Both the position numbers and the translations under genes were made by a program. The notes below the pieces were generated by a model, which saw only the letters and a list, made by a program, of their open reading frames with translations, was not told where the DNA came from and did no database searches. DNA of 64,000 nucleotides from an uncultured delta proteobacterium (GTDB lineage Bacteria; Myxococcota_A; UBA9160; SZUA-336), in NCBI GenBank assembly GCA_963704165.1, contig CAVPHD010000004.1:480001-544000 (forward strand). Direction: 5' to 3'. Numbering within the stretch: position 1 is the stretch's first letter; each line of letters opens with the position of its first letter. Below are positions 61,531 through 64,000 of the stretch, piece after piece.

Positions 61531-63063
61531 ATGAGTGAAGCGATCGCAATCGACTCGCGCCAGTACCTCGAGGGGCTGCAGTGCGAGCGGCGACTCTGGC
61601 TCGGATCGCATGCTGCGGAGCGTGGCTCGGACCCGGCTCGCGCGGCGGAACGCGCGGCGCGCAGCCGGACCCGGCGCGAGCTCCGCGAGATCGCGGCCGA
61701 GCTGTTTCCCGGTGCGCGCGAGGTCTCGGAGCCCGACGAGCACCGGGCGATCGCACGCACGCGCGAGCTCCTCGAGAACGTCTCGGTCGGGGTGGTCCGG
61801 TCCGCCGTCTTCGCGGCCGGCTACGCGCGCGCGCGGATCGATTTCGTCGAGCGGCTCGGCGATCGCGGATTCGGACTGCGCTCGGTGCGTGCCGCGCTTC
61901 GCCCGAGCGAGACGGCGCTCGACGAGCTCGCGTTCGGCTACCACGTCGCGCGCGGCTCGGGAATCGAGATCACGTCCGTCGAGCTGATCCTGCTCGACGC
62001 CGAGTACACGCGCGGTCCGCTCGCGCCCGATCCGCGGGCGCTCCTGCACCGCGTCGACGTGACGGGACAGGTCCGGTTCCTGGCCGGTGATCTCGAGGTG
62101 CGTCTCGCGGCGCATCGCGCGGTTCTCGCGCGCGCCGCCGCGCCCGACGTCGAGCCCTCGCCGCACTGCCGAAGGCCGGACACGTGCGAGTTCCTCTCGC
62201 ACTGCACGGCGGACAAGAGACAGGACTGGATCGGCTACCTGCCCGGGCTGCGCCCGAATCCGCTCGCCGAGCTTCGCGCTCGCGGGATCGAGCGGATCTC
62301 GGACCTCTCCGACGACTTCTCCCGCGCACCCGCGCAGCGCAACGCCCGCCACAGCTTGCAGCGCGGAGCCGCGTTCGTCTCGGCCGATCTCGCGCGCAGA
62401 CTCACGGGCTTCGGCCCGCCCGCCGACGGCCTCGACTTCGAGGCGATCCTGCCCGAGATCCCGATCTTCCCGGGCACCCGGCCGTTCGAGGTCGTGCCGT
62501 TCCAGTGGTCGGCGTGTCTCGCATCCGACGGCGCGGAGCTCACGCGCGCGGAGTTCCTCGCCGATGGCAGCGGGGATCCGCGACGGGAGTTCGCCGAGAG
62601 CCTGATCGCCGAAATCGCAGACCGGGAGCTCCCGATCCTGGTCTACTCCGGATTCGAGTCCGAGGTGCTCGCCGCGCTCGCGCGGGTGTTTCCCGATCTC
62701 GCGGACGGGATCGAGCGCATTCGCGCACGGCTCCGCGACCTGCTGCCGGTGGTACGCCGTTCGGTGTACCACCCGGCATTTCTGGGCTCGTTCTCGCTCA
62801 AGCGGGTCGCGCCCGCGCTGTGTTCGGGGTTCACGTTTCAGGATCTGCCGGGGATCGCGGATGGTGGGGCCGCGTCGCGCGGCTGGCTCGCGCTCGCACG
62901 CGGCGAGCTCTCGCCGGAGCGCGGGGTCGAGCTTCTCGCGGAGCTCCGCGAGTACTGCGCCCGCGACGCGCTCGCGGTCGCGAGACTCCTGGCGACGCTG
63001 CGCGAGCTCGACCGGGCGCAGCGTGGGACGACGAGTCCGTCCCCGACTCACTCCGAAAGGTAG
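61531..63063 (+). CDS. DUF2779-domain protein (Cas4/RecB-like N-terminus plus RNase H-like C-terminus)
   Basis: YLEGLQCERRLWL, CRRPDTCEFLSHC, LDFE, PFQWS, DPR, GSFSLK and YCARD. Confidence 0.75.
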   Translation: MSEAIAIDSRQYLEGLQCERRLWLGSHAAERGSDPARAAERAARSRTRRELREIAAELFPGAREVSEPDEHRAIARTRELLENVSVGVVRSAVFAAGYARARIDFVERLGDRGFGLRSVRAALRPSETALDELAFGYHVARGSGIEITSVELILLDAEYTRGPLAPDPRALLHRVDVTGQVRFLAGDLEVRLAAHRAVLARAAAPDVEPSPHCRRPDTCEFLSHCTADKRQDWIGYLPGLRPNPLAELRARGIERISDLSDDFSRAPAQRNARHSLQRGAAFVSADLARRLTGFGPPADGLDFEAILPEIPIFPGTRPFEVVPFQWSACLASDGAELTRAEFLADGSGDPRREFAESLIAEIADRELPILVYSGFESEVLAALARVFPDLADGIERIRARLRDLLPVVRRSVYHPAFLGSFSLKRVAPALCSGFTFQDLPGIADGGAASRGWLALARGELSPERGVELLAELREYCARDALAVARLLATLRELDRAQRGTTSPSPTHSER

Positions 63064-63983
63064 GAGAGCGTCGAGCGAACCCAACGGATTCGCGCCTCGC
63101 GCAGCGACGCCGGGCTGGCCGTCGGGATCTCGACGGTGAATCGCGTGCTGCTCCCGGCGGAGATCCGGCCGACGCTGAACGGGAGCTCACGGCCGGCGAC
63201 CGTCAGCCGGAACTCGGCGCGGGTCTGATCGACGCTCGTTCCGTTGACGAGCCGGCCCTGCACCCGCAGGGCGCCGCTCTGGTCGGAGATCGAGAGACGG
63301 CCGACGTACAGACCGCCGCCGATCGGCTGAAGCGCGGGGTCGTTCAGATCGACCACCGCTCCCTGCTCGGTTCCTCGCGAGGGGGCCCGCGCGATTGCCG
63401 GGGCCTCGACGCGCAGGCCCGCGCTCGACGCCGCAGTCCGCTTGCCGGGCGCTTTGCCTTCGTCGCGTTCCGACACGAGTCGCGAGTTCTCGCCGCGGCG
63501 CAGCTCGAGCAACGCGCCGCTCTCACCGGCGAAGATCGAGCTCGAGCTCGTGCCGTCCGAAGTGCTGAGCGAGAGCGCCGAACCGAGCCCCGAGGTCGCA
63601 AGTCGGATCGTCTGCGTCGGCGCCGTCTTGCCCGAGCCCGCGAAGAGCCCGATCACGGCCTGCCCGGATCCCGCGCTCGCCCCCGCGGGAGCGGCTTCGC
63701 GACCGATGAACACGAGACTTCGCCCCGCGTCGTCCACCACGCGGAGCGAACCGCGAACCGTGAGGTCGTCCACTTCGGTGCTCACGCCGCGCTGCGCCTT
63801 GGTTCCCGGGCTCAGCATGCCCGGTACCGTGACGGTCGCGGCCAGGAACACTGCCGCGATGCAGAGTCCGATCAGCGTCATTCCCAGCGCCGCGACTCCG
63901 GCCCAGAGCCTCCGGTTCCCGCGCTCGAGTGCGGCGAGCCGTGCGGCCACCCACGCGTCCTGGTCGCCCGCGGTCTCCGGCAT
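63048..63983 (-). CDS. Hypothetical membrane-anchored protein
   Basis: RLAALERGNRRL plus TM helix, beta-rich middle and Ig-like C-terminus; GGGG SD upstream. Confidence 0.7.
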   Translation of the reverse strand: MPETAGDQDAWVAARLAALERGNRRLWAGVAALGMTLIGLCIAAVFLAATVTVPGMLSPGTKAQRGVSTEVDDLTVRGSLRVVDDAGRSLVFIGREAAPAGASAGSGQAVIGLFAGSGKTAPTQTIRLATSGLGSALSLSTSDGTSSSSIFAGESGALLELRRGENSRLVSERDEGKAPGKRTAASSAGLRVEAPAIARAPSRGTEQGAVVDLNDPALQPIGGGLYVGRLSISDQSGALRVQGRLVNGTSVDQTRAEFRLTVAGRELPFSVGRISAGSSTRFTVEIPTASPASLREARIRWVRSTLSYLSE

Positions 63984-64000
63984 GCAATTCCCCCGCTACA

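Overview
GC-rich (roughly 70% by eye), gene-dense bacterial chromosome segment. Gene content and protein style suggest a Myxococcota/deltaproteobacterial genome, possibly a long-read MAG (inference). From left to right it holds: the end of a GH84-like gene; a recQ-cysQ-DEDDh exonuclease operon; an RHH-CxxC regulator with a YfhL ferredoxin; a decayed TetR/ferritin-like gene pair; a MoxR/RavA AAA-VWA + AAA + form II coxSLMG-mocA-ndk operon; the dcw cluster (mraZ to ftsZ, no ddl); an HDAC; a lipid/PHA-flavoured block (SDR, acyltransferase, S8 protease, PhaR, ArsA/Get3 pair); tatA, PMM/PGM and EI24; a three-gene operon led by a ParA ATPase fused to a glycogen-binding CBM48-type domain; Ppx, a 2-phosphoglycerate kinase-like protein, M48, a second AAA/VWA pair, sppA, trmB, rlmN, a phosphatase, an acyl-CoA dehydrogenase, an MltD-like protein, a CoA-transferase and a DUF2779 protein. 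Five single-base insertions, including ones in the essential genes murB and murC, look like sequencing errors. No rRNA, tRNA, CRISPR array or mobile element was seen. The best candidate for an undescribed system is the ParA-CBM48 operon (44420-46838), a possible glycogen-granule positioning module. All family calls come from motif recognition by eye; no searches were run.
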